Assembly: GCF_902771435.1 (NCBI RefSeq)
Contig: NZ_CACXXB010000001.1
Span: 31,723 to 95,722 of the forward strand
DNA from: an uncultured Methanobrevibacter sp.
Lineage (GTDB): Archaea; Methanobacteriota; Methanobacteria; Methanobacteriales; Methanobacteriaceae
Length of the DNA stretch: 64,000 nucleotides
Direction of reading: 5' to 3'
Positions 31,136 through 41,183 of the stretch are shown one piece after another (within the stretch, counting starts at the first letter, position 1; each line of letters opens with the position of its first letter). Below the pieces are notes generated by a model that was not told where the DNA came from, searched no databases, and was given only the letters and a program-made list of their open reading frames with translations. The translations under genes and the position numbers were made by a program.

Positions 31136-33232
31136 ATGAAAGATCTCAATAAAATGTTTAAACCTGAATCTGTGGCTGTAATTGGTGCTTCCAATACCCC
31201 AGGAAAAGTAGGATACATTATTGTTGACAACCTTATCAATGACGGGTTTGAAGGCGAAATATATCCTGTAAATCCAAAAGGTGGAGAGATTTTAGGAAAA
31301 CAAGCATACGCAAATATTAAAGACGTACCGGGAAAAGTAGATTTAGCAATAATTACAATTCCATCCGTATTTGTAAATACCGCCGTTAAAGAATGTGGTG
31401 AAGTCGGCGTTGAAAATATGGTAGTTATTACCGCCGGTTTCAAAGAAATTGGTGGAGAAGGAGCTAAATTAGAAGCTGAATTAACTGCTCTCGGTGAAGA
31501 ATATGGTATAAACATTATTGGACCAAACAGTTTAGGAATAACCGACTCCCATACTCCATTAAACGGATCATTTTCACAAATGATGCCACCAACAGGAAAC
31601 ATGGCATTCATTTCACAAAGTGGAGCTATGATGGTAGCTATCATCGATTGGAGTGTAACTTCCGGTATCGGATTCAGTAAAGTAATCAGTTTAGGTAACA
31701 AAGCCGGAGTAAGCGAAATTGAATTATTGCAATATCTGGCAGAGGATGATGAAACCAATGTTATCATCTGTTATCTGGAATCCATTTCTGATGATGAAGA
31801 CTTTGTAAGAACAATGAGGGAAACCGCTCACAAAAAACCTATTATTGTGCTTAAATCAGGTTCCTCCTCAGCAGGTGCTGAAGCAGCATCCTCACACACA
31901 GGAGCTCTTGCAGGAAGTGACTTGGCATTTGATACCGCATTCAGACAATCCGGAATCATGCGTGTAGAAACCATGGCGGAATTATTCGACTTAGGTTTAG
32001 CATTCTCCAAAGCACCGCTTCCAAGAGGAGACAATGTGGCCATCATTACCAATGCAGGTGGTGGAGGAGTACTTACCGTAGACGCTATGGAAAAAGCAGG
32101 TCTGCAACTTGTTCAGTTTGACGAAGAAACAACTGCTAAATTAAAAGAATGCGTTACCGAAGAGGGAAGTGCTAAAAACCCTATTGATGTATTAGGAGAT
32201 GCACCTGTAAGCAGATACAAAGAATCCTTAGAAATCGTATTAAGTCAGGATGAAGTTGACAGTTTAATCATTATGGTTTGTCCAACCGCATCTGCAGACC
32301 CTGACGGAATTGCAAACGCAATCCTGGAAGAAAGAAAAGAATTTGACAAACCTATTATTGTTGTTAACATGGGAGGACCATCATTTGAAGCAGCAAACGA
32401 AGCTTTAAGAGAAAATGGAGTTCCAACCTATGTATTCCCAGAAACTGCAGTAACCGCACTTGAAGCAATGACAAGATATGCAAGACTGGAAAGCAGAGAA
32501 TATGACGATGTCATTGAAAAAATCGATGATGTGGACAAAGATGCTGTACAGGCAATATTCGACAAAGTTAAAGCTGACGGCAGAGACACATTACTCGGTA
32601 GTGAAGCATATGCAGTAGCCGAAGCATACGGAATTTCCGCAGCACCAATCAAATTATCAACAAGTGCTGATGAAGCAGCAGAACTTGCTGAAGAAATGGA
32701 ATTCCCAGTTGTACTCAAAATCGCATCAGATAAAATTTTACACAAATCCGACATCGGCGGTGTAAAAGTAGGAATAAGCAGTGCTGAAGAAGCAAAAGCA
32801 ACATTCGATGAAATCATTGCAAATGCGAAAGCTGCACATCCAGACATTGTTCCTGATGGTGTTGAAGTCCAAAAAATGATGGATTCCGGAGAGGAAGTCA
32901 TTGTTGGAATGATTAGAGACAAACAATTCGGACCAATGATTGCATTCGGTATGGGTGGAATCTATGTAAACCTCATCGAAGATGTTTCATTCAACCTTGC
33001 AAAAGGAATGAGCTCTCAGGAAATTGATGAACAAATTGCATCAACCAAAGTATCCAAATTACTTGAAGGATACAGAGGAGAAGCACCTTGCGATGTGGAA
33101 GAAGTCAAAGAAGCTATTAAAAGAGTAGCCAGATTGACCTTAGACTTCCCAGAAATATCCGAGCTTGACATCAACCCGATTTTCGTTTACGAAGAAGGTT
33201 CAAGCGCACTCGATATTAAAATCAAATTATAA
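31136..33232 (+). CDS. ADP-forming acetate/acyl-CoA ligase (fused alpha-beta)
   Basis: VIGAS, GPNSLG, SQSGA, SHTGALAG (phospho-His), HKSDIGGV, DINP. Confidence 0.93.
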   Translation: MKDLNKMFKPESVAVIGASNTPGKVGYIIVDNLINDGFEGEIYPVNPKGGEILGKQAYANIKDVPGKVDLAIITIPSVFVNTAVKECGEVGVENMVVITAGFKEIGGEGAKLEAELTALGEEYGINIIGPNSLGITDSHTPLNGSFSQMMPPTGNMAFISQSGAMMVAIIDWSVTSGIGFSKVISLGNKAGVSEIELLQYLAEDDETNVIICYLESISDDEDFVRTMRETAHKKPIIVLKSGSSSAGAEAASSHTGALAGSDLAFDTAFRQSGIMRVETMAELFDLGLAFSKAPLPRGDNVAIITNAGGGGVLTVDAMEKAGLQLVQFDEETTAKLKECVTEEGSAKNPIDVLGDAPVSRYKESLEIVLSQDEVDSLIIMVCPTASADPDGIANAILEERKEFDKPIIVVNMGGPSFEAANEALRENGVPTYVFPETAVTALEAMTRYARLESREYDDVIEKIDDVDKDAVQAIFDKVKADGRDTLLGSEAYAVAEAYGISAAPIKLSTSADEAAELAEEMEFPVVLKIASDKILHKSDIGGVKVGISSAEEAKATFDEIIANAKAAHPDIVPDGVEVQKMMDSGEEVIVGMIRDKQFGPMIAFGMGGIYVNLIEDVSFNLAKGMSSQEIDEQIASTKVSKLLEGYRGEAPCDVEEVKEAIKRVARLTLDFPEISELDINPIFVYEEGSSALDIKIKL

Positions 33233-33270
33233 TTTCTCATCTGAGAAATTTCTCTCTTTTTTTTATTTTT
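33231..33270 (+). terminator. Hairpin plus oligo-T terminator
   Basis: AATTTCTCA-tc-TGAGAAATT followed by a T tract. Confidence 0.65.
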
Positions 33271-33290
33271 AAAAATTCTCACGTGATACC

Positions 33291-33626
33291 ATGAATGGTG
33301 AGCCTGACTTTGAACTCTACACTGTTTCTTTAATACGGCTCAATACTGCCTTTGAAAAACTAGAGGCTGATGAAAAAGAAGCCCTGGAAATGATTAAAAA
33401 AAGCAGTGACGATTTTGAAGAGCTCTACAAGGACATCTTGAATGATCTGGAAAAAGACGAGATACTTATCGCAGACTATTACTCATTTTTTGAAAACGGA
33501 AAAACAGTATTTCCAATGTATATTAACGCATTGAGAGAACTGGACATCAATGATGAAAGTGTTGACAGTCTGATTAATACATTTACAAATTTAAATAAGA
33601 TTGCACAGGCATTTGATAGAAATTAG
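33291..33626 (+). CDS. Hypothetical protein
   Basis: 111-aa ORF with GTGAT RBS. Confidence 0.65.
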   Translation: MNGEPDFELYTVSLIRLNTAFEKLEADEKEALEMIKKSSDDFEELYKDILNDLEKDEILIADYYSFFENGKTVFPMYINALRELDINDESVDSLINTFTNLNKIAQAFDRN

Positions 33627-33657
33627 TTAAAAAAGAAAAAATAAAAGCATAGTTAAA

Positions 33658-34629
33658 CTATGCTTCCCAGTATAAGTCTTTTTGGTCTACGGTCTTGTTT
33701 AAAATACCGATGTCGACTTCAAGTTTTTGGAATGCATCTACATCTGCTTTGAAACTATTATCAAGTCCGGAAATGAATGGGAAACTTTCTAATGATTTAG
33801 CTTCTAAATCAGCATTAGATACTATGTCTTTAGGTAATAATTTAACTACTGCGCTAGCATTACCATTTTTAACATTATCATTGATGAATTTAGTTGCATT
33901 TGCATGAATTGCGATAATGTCTTTTACAGTATCGTTATGGTTTTTGATAAAGTCATCGGATGCGACAACAACACAACATGGGTGGTTTGGTAACATACCT
34001 GATGAATTTTCTAAAACAACATTTCCACTATCATTTGCTGCAATAGATACATAAGGTTGGAAAGTAATAATTCCGTCAATTTGTTTTGTTTTTAAAGCGT
34101 CATTCATTGAAGGTACTTTCATAGCTGAAACGTTTAAATCTTTGGTTGATAAATTGTTTTGTTTCAAGTAGTATGAAAGCAATACGTATTGAATTGAAGC
34201 TTCACCAGGGGTTGCAATGGATTTACCTTTTAAGTCAGCTGCAGAAGTGATTCCGGATTCATTGGTTACAACAATTCCACTACCTTCAGTTTGAGCGGAT
34301 GAAACAACCTTTACAGGAACGCCTTTAGCAACAGAAGATAAAACAGGTGCAATTCCTACATATCCAACATCGACTTCACCACTGGCCATAGCGGTCATTA
34401 GGTCTCCACCGTTGTTGAATTGTACAAGTTCAGTAGTAATGTTTTTTTCGGCATATTTACCTTGAGCATCAGCAACGAATAATGCTGCATCGTGGTCAGA
34501 TGGCAAATATCCTATTTTTACAGTGTTGTCTCCCCCTCCTAAAAAGTCAAAGAGACCTGCACTGGCTGAACCCATTACTAAAAATGCAGCAAGTGCCAAC
34601 ACTAAAACAAAAGTTATCTTTTTATTCAT
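33658..34629 (-). CDS. SsuA/TauA/NrtA-type ABC substrate-binding protein (copy 1, signal peptide)
   Basis: IGYLPSDHD, FNNGGDLMTAM, IATPG.ASIQ, HPCC. Confidence 0.9.
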   Translation of the reverse strand: MNKKITFVLVLALAAFLVMGSASAGLFDFLGGGDNTVKIGYLPSDHDAALFVADAQGKYAEKNITTELVQFNNGGDLMTAMASGEVDVGYVGIAPVLSSVAKGVPVKVVSSAQTEGSGIVVTNESGITSAADLKGKSIATPGEASIQYVLLSYYLKQNNLSTKDLNVSAMKVPSMNDALKTKQIDGIITFQPYVSIAANDSGNVVLENSSGMLPNHPCCVVVASDDFIKNHNDTVKDIIAIHANATKFINDNVKNGNASAVVKLLPKDIVSNADLEAKSLESFPFISGLDNSFKADVDAFQKLEVDIGILNKTVDQKDLYWEA

Positions 34630-34660
34630 TTTATATTCACCGTTAATTAATTTAAATTAA

Positions 34661-34723
34661 TTACAATTATTAATATTACAGATATAATATAAATATATTA
34701 TTTAAATTAACAATTGTTATATT
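34661..34723. promoter_or_regulatory. Palindromic operator TAACAATTGTTA (34708-34719) plus degenerate copy (34661-34672) flanking a TATA box
   Basis: Same 12-mer+TATT as at 36813 and 43409; minus-strand TTTATATT at 34686-34693. Confidence 0.7.
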
Positions 34724-34808
34724 TGAATCCCCAATATATGCTATTTTATTAAACATATTTAAAGTTATCTAAAAATATTTCAAACATCATTTCACATGGC
34801 TGAGAAAA

Positions 34809-35237
34809 CTAATCCTCTTCGACAACATCACATGGCTTTACCCAATCCTGGCCATCTACAAGAGTTTCAATTGCATCCACAATACAATGAGGATTCCATC
34901 CAACAACTGCATCCGCCTTTTCCTCCAGTTCCTTTAAGATGAATTCCATACCGAAAAAACGAATAAGAAGTATAGGAACATCAAATTCCTTGGATTTATT
35001 AATCAGCTCATCGAATAACTCCTGATTGTTATGATAAAGGCCAAACAGCAATACGATTACATCAATCTCATTAAACAGATCATCAGTCAAATCGTCATCC
35101 TCTGTATTATATTCCATATATGAAAAATCAGTTTGACTGTCGATTCTCTCCTTGTAAAACCCATACTGGTCATCGGGATCATTTCCCTTAGTAATTAATA
35201 GCTTATAAACTCTTTTTTCGTTATTTTCATCTGACAA
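34809..35237 (-). CDS. MTH538/DUF1863 TIR-like domain protein
   Basis: VIVLLFGLY, PILLI, ADAVVGWN..IVDAI; GGAGG RBS favours the TTG at 35237. Confidence 0.65.
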   Translation of the reverse strand: MSDENNEKRVYKLLITKGNDPDDQYGFYKERIDSQTDFSYMEYNTEDDDLTDDLFNEIDVIVLLFGLYHNNQELFDELINKSKEFDVPILLIRFFGMEFILKELEEKADAVVGWNPHCIVDAIETLVDGQDWVKPCDVVEED

Positions 35238-35271
35238 GAAATCATCCTCCAATTTTATGATATTGACTGAA

Positions 35272-35475
35272 TTATCCTCCGTAAATAATCTGAACCAATT
35301 TGATTTCATCACCGTCGTTTATTACGCTTTCCTCAAGGGTCAGTTCGCCGTTTTGCTTTGCAACTATTGTCTGTGCGGACAATTCCAGCTCATTTAACAA
35401 ATCATTTATTGTATAATTTTCATTTTTTAATTCCCTATTTTCATCAATATCCTTAAATTTTAAATTAAAACTCAT
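35272..35475 (-). CDS. ThiS/MoaD/SAMP ubiquitin-like sulfur carrier
   Basis: 67 aa, NG...DGDEIKLVQIIYGG C-terminal diglycine. Confidence 0.92.
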   Translation of the reverse strand: MSFNLKFKDIDENRELKNENYTINDLLNELELSAQTIVAKQNGELTLEESVINDGDEIKLVQIIYGG

Positions 35476-35484
35476 ATTATCACT

Positions 35485-36804
35485 TTAAATTTTTTGATTA
35501 ACGATTTTTGCTACTTTTTTAGCTATTGCAACTATTGTCAATATTGGAGGCCTTCCGGGAGCCTCAGGAATTACGCTTGCATCACAAACAAACAGTCCAC
35601 TGATTTCACTTTCAAAATTGTTATCGACGACCTCGCCAACCGCTGCAGTTCCGCCTGGATGAGCTCCCTTAAGGGAAGTTTCTACGATGGATTCTGAAGG
35701 AACTCCCAATTTCAATAGAATATCAATGGCTTTTTTATATCCTTCCTTAATCAGGTCAACGTCAACCTTTGTTAGGGTTTTTTCAATATTTCCATCATTG
35801 TCAATTGTTCCTATGCAGGTATCAGCAAATTTAAGCATCAGCCCTATGACATCCTTTTCAGTGGCTTCAATACCTTTTTTCTTCATTAACGGCAGCAGCT
35901 GCATTGAATAATGGGGTGACAAAAAATATGGACCGAATTCAGCTTTTACACCCATCATCAGTTCATTCTTTAAATTTGCATCTTTAAGATAACCTCCAAT
36001 GGTTGTGAATATGTCGAAAAATATCTGGTTTCCAACGTTTTGGATTCCGGAATTCTTCAAAATGATTGGGGTATTGAGTGCACCTGCACTAATAATGACT
36101 TTTTTTGCCTTGAAAATCTGCTTTTCATTATGTGAATTTAATGCTGCAACGCCAATGACCTGATTGTGTTCATGCAATACTTCAAAAACATTCATATCCT
36201 CAATTAAATCCGCACCATATTCCAAAGCTTCATCAATGAAATATGTGCCGTCCCATTTTGCATCAAAAATACATCCGTTGACACATTTTCCGCACAATGT
36301 GCATTTTTCAAAATTGATGAATTTCGGCATTGGTTCGACAACGTATCCCAATTCCTGACCTGCCTGTGCAATTAGCTGCGTTGAGTGTCCCCACAGTTTT
36401 TTAGGGAAGTATCTTACATTCAGCTCACCGCTTGCTTCAAGAAGCTCTTCGAAGATGTTGAGATTCTTGTCTTCAAACTGCTGCATTATGGAGTTTGAAT
36501 AACATCCGCTGCATGAAAAGCATGCATTGCCTATTGAGGAGGTTGTTGTTCCTCCAATCTCTTCGATATTCGTCAATTCCAAAGGCAATGTTAAAAATTC
36601 ATAGTCCGCCCTATCCTTTTCGCTCAGATTATTTTTCAAGCAAATCCTTTTGGTTTTCACATGATTTACATAACTGCCCTGCCTTTGCCTGCATCCCTTC
36701 TCAAGAATCAGAACTTTTCTGCCATTCAAGGCCAAGTCTTTTGCTACCGTTGATCCGCCGGCACCGGTTCCGACAACAATTACATCATAAATATTTAACA
36801 CCAC
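35485..36804 (-). CDS. GMC-family FAD oxidoreductase with ferredoxin-like Cys motif
   Basis: DVIVVGTGAGG, SAGALNTP, HPGGT, DASVIP, CTLCGKCVNGC; start position approximate. Confidence 0.88.
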   Translation of the reverse strand: MVLNIYDVIVVGTGAGGSTVAKDLALNGRKVLILEKGCRQRQGSYVNHVKTKRICLKNNLSEKDRADYEFLTLPLELTNIEEIGGTTTSSIGNACFSCSGCYSNSIMQQFEDKNLNIFEELLEASGELNVRYFPKKLWGHSTQLIAQAGQELGYVVEPMPKFINFEKCTLCGKCVNGCIFDAKWDGTYFIDEALEYGADLIEDMNVFEVLHEHNQVIGVAALNSHNEKQIFKAKKVIISAGALNTPIILKNSGIQNVGNQIFFDIFTTIGGYLKDANLKNELMMGVKAEFGPYFLSPHYSMQLLPLMKKKGIEATEKDVIGLMLKFADTCIGTIDNDGNIEKTLTKVDVDLIKEGYKKAIDILLKLGVPSESIVETSLKGAHPGGTAAVGEVVDNNFESEISGLFVCDASVIPEAPGRPPILTIVAIAKKVAKIVNQKI

Positions 36805-36812
36805 CAAAAAAT

Positions 36813-36828
36813 TAACAATTGTTATATT
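36813..36828. promoter_or_regulatory. Palindromic operator TAACAATTGTTA(TATT)
   Basis: 14 nt downstream of minus-strand TTTATATT (36839-36846). Confidence 0.72.
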
Positions 36829-36997
36829 ATTTTGAGGCAATATAAATCTTTCTATAAAACAATTTAAAAAATTTTTAAAAAAATAAAATACTGTTTAAAA
36901 TTGTCATTTCAAATTTAAGTATAATCAAATTTTAAGCTCAAAAAAATATAAAAACATTTATATAATATATTGAACTATGTGTATTTATGGAAAAAAA

Positions 36998-37012
36998 TAA
37001 CTATTGTTATAT
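36998..37012. promoter_or_regulatory. One-mismatch operator copy TAACTATTGTTATAT upstream of the larE-like gene
   Basis: 11/12 match to the palindrome. Confidence 0.5.
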
Positions 37013-37112
37013 AGTTATATTTTCGAAGGGATTTGCTTTTTCCATAAACAGGTTTTACAAACCATTGTTTTTTAGTCTCCAAAACTAAATATTATGAAAA
37101 ACATAAATATAT

Positions 37113-37141
37113 GATGAGTTTAACAATTTCTTAAACTCATC
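37113..37141 (+). other. Inverted repeat in the larE-like leader
   Basis: GATGAGTTTAA-caatttc-TTAAACTCATC. Confidence 0.6.
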
Positions 37142-37169
37142 TCAGAACAATATGAGTTAATGGGATAAA

Positions 37170-38177
37170 ATGATTATTGAAGATAAAATTAATATTGTAA
37201 AAGACATTTTAAAAGATAAAAAAATAGCTATCGGTTTTTCTGGAGGTGCAGATTCAACATTGATGGCATATTTATCTTCAAAAGTTGCCTCAGATACACT
37301 AGCAGTTACAATTGACAATCATTTATTTCCAAAAGGTTTCATTGAACATGCAAAAAGCATGACACAATCATTTGGAATATCTCATGAGATTATTGACATC
37401 AATTTTTACAGTGATGAAGAGTTCTTGTCCAATCTGCCCAGCAGATGCTATACCTGTAGGAACCTAATGTATACTCAGATAAAGCAATTGGCACTTGAGA
37501 AAGGCTTTGATTTTATTTGTGACGGCAACAACATTAGTGATCTTGTCAATGACAGACCTGGGATACTCATAACCTATAAAAATAATTTTAAAACACCATT
37601 GATTGAAGCCAAATTAACTTCAAAGGAAATCCATGAGTATCTAAACAGAAACAACATTCCATATTCAAGGTCAACCACATGTCTTGCTACAAGGATTCCT
37701 ACCAATACTCGAACCACACATGAAAAAATTGAAAGAATTGGTGAGAGCGAAGACTATATTTCAGCAAACACCAACTGTGAAATTGTTAAAGTTAGAGATT
37801 TTGGAGAACTTAGTGTAGTTGAAGTTGATAATGTAAATGAAATTTTATCTGACAACAAATATAATCAAATCAATGATGAATTAAAAAGGCAAGGCTTTAA
37901 GAAAGTTGCATTAAATTTATCACAAATTGATGATGATGAAAGCATCAGCATTGACTATGATGAAGGTTCATTCATATATCAACTCCCATTCACAATAAAC
38001 CTTGAAAATACAAAAAGACAAACAGAAAATATAATTTCTGATGATGAAGAAAAAATAGAATTAGACAAGATAACCATTTTTGAAAGTGGATTAATAAAAG
38101 GTCATGATTTGGAAAGTTATGAACTTGCACTGGACAAATTTATGGAAACATTACCAAAACTAAGGAGAAACATTTAG
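37170..38177 (+). CDS. larE: LarE-like PP-loop ATP-dependent sulfur transferase
   Basis: SGGADS, RCYTCR, DRPG, CLATRIP, VKVR. Confidence 0.82.
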   Translation: MIIEDKINIVKDILKDKKIAIGFSGGADSTLMAYLSSKVASDTLAVTIDNHLFPKGFIEHAKSMTQSFGISHEIIDINFYSDEEFLSNLPSRCYTCRNLMYTQIKQLALEKGFDFICDGNNISDLVNDRPGILITYKNNFKTPLIEAKLTSKEIHEYLNRNNIPYSRSTTCLATRIPTNTRTTHEKIERIGESEDYISANTNCEIVKVRDFGELSVVEVDNVNEILSDNKYNQINDELKRQGFKKVALNLSQIDDDESISIDYDEGSFIYQLPFTINLENTKRQTENIISDDEEKIELDKITIFESGLIKGHDLESYELALDKFMETLPKLRRNI

Positions 38178-38186
38178 GTGAAAAAC

Positions 38187-38942
38187 ATGCCAACAAGATA
38201 TATAGGCGACGGATACTGGGAAATAGCTTCCCGTCAAATGAGCATTGTAACAAGAAGCGAACAACAAAGATTTAAAGATGCAAAAATAACAGTCATTGGC
38301 TGTGGCGGAATCGGTGGAGAAACCATCGAAATGCTTGCAAGAATGGGAATTGGAGAGCTGGTTTTAGTCGATAAAGATGCATTTGACCTATCCAACCTAA
38401 ATAGACAAACTTTAGCATCACTAACAGATTTAGGCCTTGACAAAAGCGCTGTTGCAGCTGAAAAAGTCAGATTAATTAATCCGTACGTTAAAGTCACCAC
38501 ATTCAATGAACATGTAGACCAGACAAACATCGACAAAGTGATTGGGGACTCCAATATCGTAATCGACGCACTCGACAACGTATTGACAAGAGTAATCGTC
38601 TCAAGAAAAGCTAAAGAAAAAGGAATTGCATACATCCACGGAGCAATTCACGGAACAATGGGACAGATTACAGTATTCTTACCGAATAGTGACAAAACCT
38701 ATGAAGAAATGTTCAACCTGCCTTCAATTGGAAAAGAATTGAATGATGAAACAATTGAAGCTTTAAAAAATGTTACTTCAGGTGTGCCGCCGGTTATTGG
38801 ACCTACACCTAATTTAATCGGATGTTTAGAAGCATTTGAAGCTTATAAAATAATAACTGGAGTCGGAAAAGTTACCGTAGCTCCAAAAATATTAACATTT
38901 GATTTATTAGACTTAAGTTCATTTTCATTAGATGAACTTTAA
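38187..38942 (+). CDS. ThiF/MoeB/HesA E1-like adenylyltransferase
   Basis: GCGGIG, DKDAFDLSNLNRQ, DALDN. Confidence 0.92.
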   Translation: MPTRYIGDGYWEIASRQMSIVTRSEQQRFKDAKITVIGCGGIGGETIEMLARMGIGELVLVDKDAFDLSNLNRQTLASLTDLGLDKSAVAAEKVRLINPYVKVTTFNEHVDQTNIDKVIGDSNIVIDALDNVLTRVIVSRKAKEKGIAYIHGAIHGTMGQITVFLPNSDKTYEEMFNLPSIGKELNDETIEALKNVTSGVPPVIGPTPNLIGCLEAFEAYKIITGVGKVTVAPKILTFDLLDLSSFSLDEL

Positions 38943-38947
38943 TTTTT

Positions 38948-39778
38948 CTATTTTTCCAAATCTACACGTTCGGGAGCTGTAAAAATAGTGAATCTATTGC
39001 CCCTTACAAAACCAACCATCGTGATATTGCCTGCGCGAGCCACATCAATACCGGATGATGCAGGTGCGGCATTTGAAATGATAATCGGAATTCCAACCCT
39101 TATTACCTTTATAAGCATATCTGCAGGCATTCTTCCACTATATGAAATATAACATTTTGAAAAGTCATATCCCTCTTTTGCGGCAGCGCCGATTACCTTA
39201 TCAACGGCAACATGGCGGCTTACGTCTTCACGGATGATAATGTTATCCTCAAATTTTAATTGAGCAACATGAACTCCTGCCGTTTTCTGCCATATCTTTG
39301 CCTCATCAGTCAGGTGTTCGATATCCTTGATAATTTGAGTTGCGTTAATCTTCAAATCTGAATTGTTGGGCTCTATTGTCTTTAGCTCAGATCTTATTCC
39401 TCCTGCATTATCGGAATTTACTCCCTGATATTCAAGCAGTCTGCAAACACATGCATGTTCACAGTTTCCCTTCCTCTCCTGAACAATGCCTTCCTGTTCC
39501 AAATCCTCTTCAGGATCGTGGTTAAGGTTTGTTGACACCAAAACATTTGTTCCGTCCAATGTGATTGATTTGATGTCTGAGTAATCCTTGATCAGGCCTT
39601 CACCAAGACAATATCCAACGGCAAAATCCTTCAAATCAATGGGATATGTTGAAAATTTACGTGGAGGCAGATAATCAATAAACAAATATGTATATTCGTC
39701 ATCCACACTGTTTTCCTTAATTGTCTGGTATTCACCATCAATCCATTGGATTACATCAGTTTGTCTTAAAAATTCCAT
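38948..39778 (-). CDS. fdhD: Formate dehydrogenase accessory sulfurtransferase
   Basis: FAVGYCLGEG, TAGVH, EDVSRHVAVDKVIG, SGR, GFVRG. Confidence 0.92.
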   Translation of the reverse strand: MEFLRQTDVIQWIDGEYQTIKENSVDDEYTYLFIDYLPPRKFSTYPIDLKDFAVGYCLGEGLIKDYSDIKSITLDGTNVLVSTNLNHDPEEDLEQEGIVQERKGNCEHACVCRLLEYQGVNSDNAGGIRSELKTIEPNNSDLKINATQIIKDIEHLTDEAKIWQKTAGVHVAQLKFEDNIIIREDVSRHVAVDKVIGAAAKEGYDFSKCYISYSGRMPADMLIKVIRVGIPIIISNAAPASSGIDVARAGNITMVGFVRGNRFTIFTAPERVDLEK

Positions 39779-39779
39779 A

Positions 39780-41183
39780 TTATTTACCTGCCAAAGCAAT
39801 ATTTACATATTTTCTGAGTTCCTCACTTTCATCGACATCCATATTTTCAACATTATGAATGCTGGTCTTTTTATTATTCTTGGATAAGATTATGTGAGTG
39901 TTAATGTAGCCGTTTTCCTTAATCAGCTTAAGAAGTCTTTTACCGTAAGTCAAATCAGGATTTGAGATTCGGTTAAGCATTAAACTTAATGTATGAAACT
40001 CATCAAATCCCAGAACTTCGCACATTCCATACATTTCATTTATAATTTCGGCAGCCCAGCTTTTGAGAGTCACTTCACGACCGTCCCTTATCAATCTCAT
40101 TGAATCGACATAGGCATTTTCGGCAGTGTTTTCCTCATTTATCTTGGCTTCCCTCTGCCAGTCCGCATAATCGGATTCATCCTTAATAAACATGTAAATT
40201 AAAAACAAATGCAGGAATTTCATGTCATGCTTTACAAGGCCGCACTGATAAAACGGATTAATGTCAAGTGTCCTTATCTCGATATATTCAATTCCGTCAT
40301 TTACCAGACTGTTTAACAGATTTTTAGGATTTTTAGGCTTCAATCTGATTTGAGTATACAGCTCTTTTGCTTCAGACAAATCCCCATTTTCAATGAATCC
40401 ATTAACGTCACGGGCAAATTCCTCAACAGAATCATAGGAAGGGCACAGTTCCTTTAAATTTTTATATCCGCAGGACGCATTTCTAAATGAAGGCCCTCTT
40501 GTTGAATAATAGCTGCCGTAATCATCCTTAGCATCCATCAAATGGATACAATCATTGGAAAATGTTTTATGGGATCCTATTGAACATCCTGTCAAATAGA
40601 TTATCAGCCAGCAGTACCTTAGGTAATTCCTTGCAATTTTGAGATAAACATTGTCCTTAAACTCTTTGAAGGTCAAATCCGTGCCTTCCATTTCATATAA
40701 TTTTTTTATGAATTCCTCAGTAAATGAAAAGTTGAAATGGACACCGGAAATCATCTGTTTTTTAACACCATACTTTTTAGCCAAATCTTCACGGTATTTT
40801 TGTGATGCTTCACCCTCTTCGGAGTATTGGGCTATTGGAATCTTGTCCCAATATGGCAGGATACATGGTATTGACTGAAACCAAAGGTATTCATCGTCAG
40901 AAAGAGACGAATTCACCAAATCAGCCAACAGAGAAAATGTATCAAAAGCCTTATCGATAGTGTTGAAAGTTGGAGTTATTATTTCAATTTGGCTTTCAGA
41001 AAAATCAGTGGTAATCAAGGGATTTGTCAGTTTATCACCAAATACTTCAGGATGGGGCGTTAATGATAGCTCACCATCACCTTTTGCCCTTAAAGATTCC
41101 CATTCTATTCCAAATGAACCAGCCAATATTTCATCTGAAGATAATTTTGATAAATTCAATAAATTCATTTCCATCCCCTTCAA
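39780..41183 (-). CDS. gshA: Glutamate--cysteine ligase (GshA/GshF N-domain type)
   Basis: GIEWESLR, ITTDFSESQIEIITP, KQMISGVHFNFS, YIEIRTLDINPF. Confidence 0.9.
   Translation of the reverse strand: MKGMEMNLLNLSKLSSDEILAGSFGIEWESLRAKGDGELSLTPHPEVFGDKLTNPLITTDFSESQIEIITPTFNTIDKAFDTFSLLADLVNSSLSDDEYLWFQSIPCILPYWDKIPIAQYSEEGEASQKYREDLAKKYGVKKQMISGVHFNFSFTEEFIKKLYEMEGTDLTFKEFKDNVYLKIARNYLRYCWLIIYLTGCSIGSHKTFSNDCIHLMDAKDDYGSYYSTRGPSFRNASCGYKNLKELCPSYDSVEEFARDVNGFIENGDLSEAKELYTQIRLKPKNPKNLLNSLVNDGIEYIEIRTLDINPFYQCGLVKHDMKFLHLFLIYMFIKDESDYADWQREAKINEENTAENAYVDSMRLIRDGREVTLKSWAAEIINEMYGMCEVLGFDEFHTLSLMLNRISNPDLTYGKRLLKLIKENGYINTHIILSKNNKKTSIHNVENMDVDESEELRKYVNIALAGK

Noticed and set aside
31090-31767. 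Long antisense ORFs in the track (e.g. 31090-31767, 32428-32922, 54085-54675, 18639-19097, 63632-63916)
   Set aside because: Shadows of well-supported genes on the opposite strand, with no motifs or RBS
34809-38942. Thoeris or ubiquitin-like (E1/E2/JAB) antiphage system
   Set aside because: No ThsA effector, E2 or JAB gene; the TIR catalytic Glu appears lost; the context is sulfur metabolism
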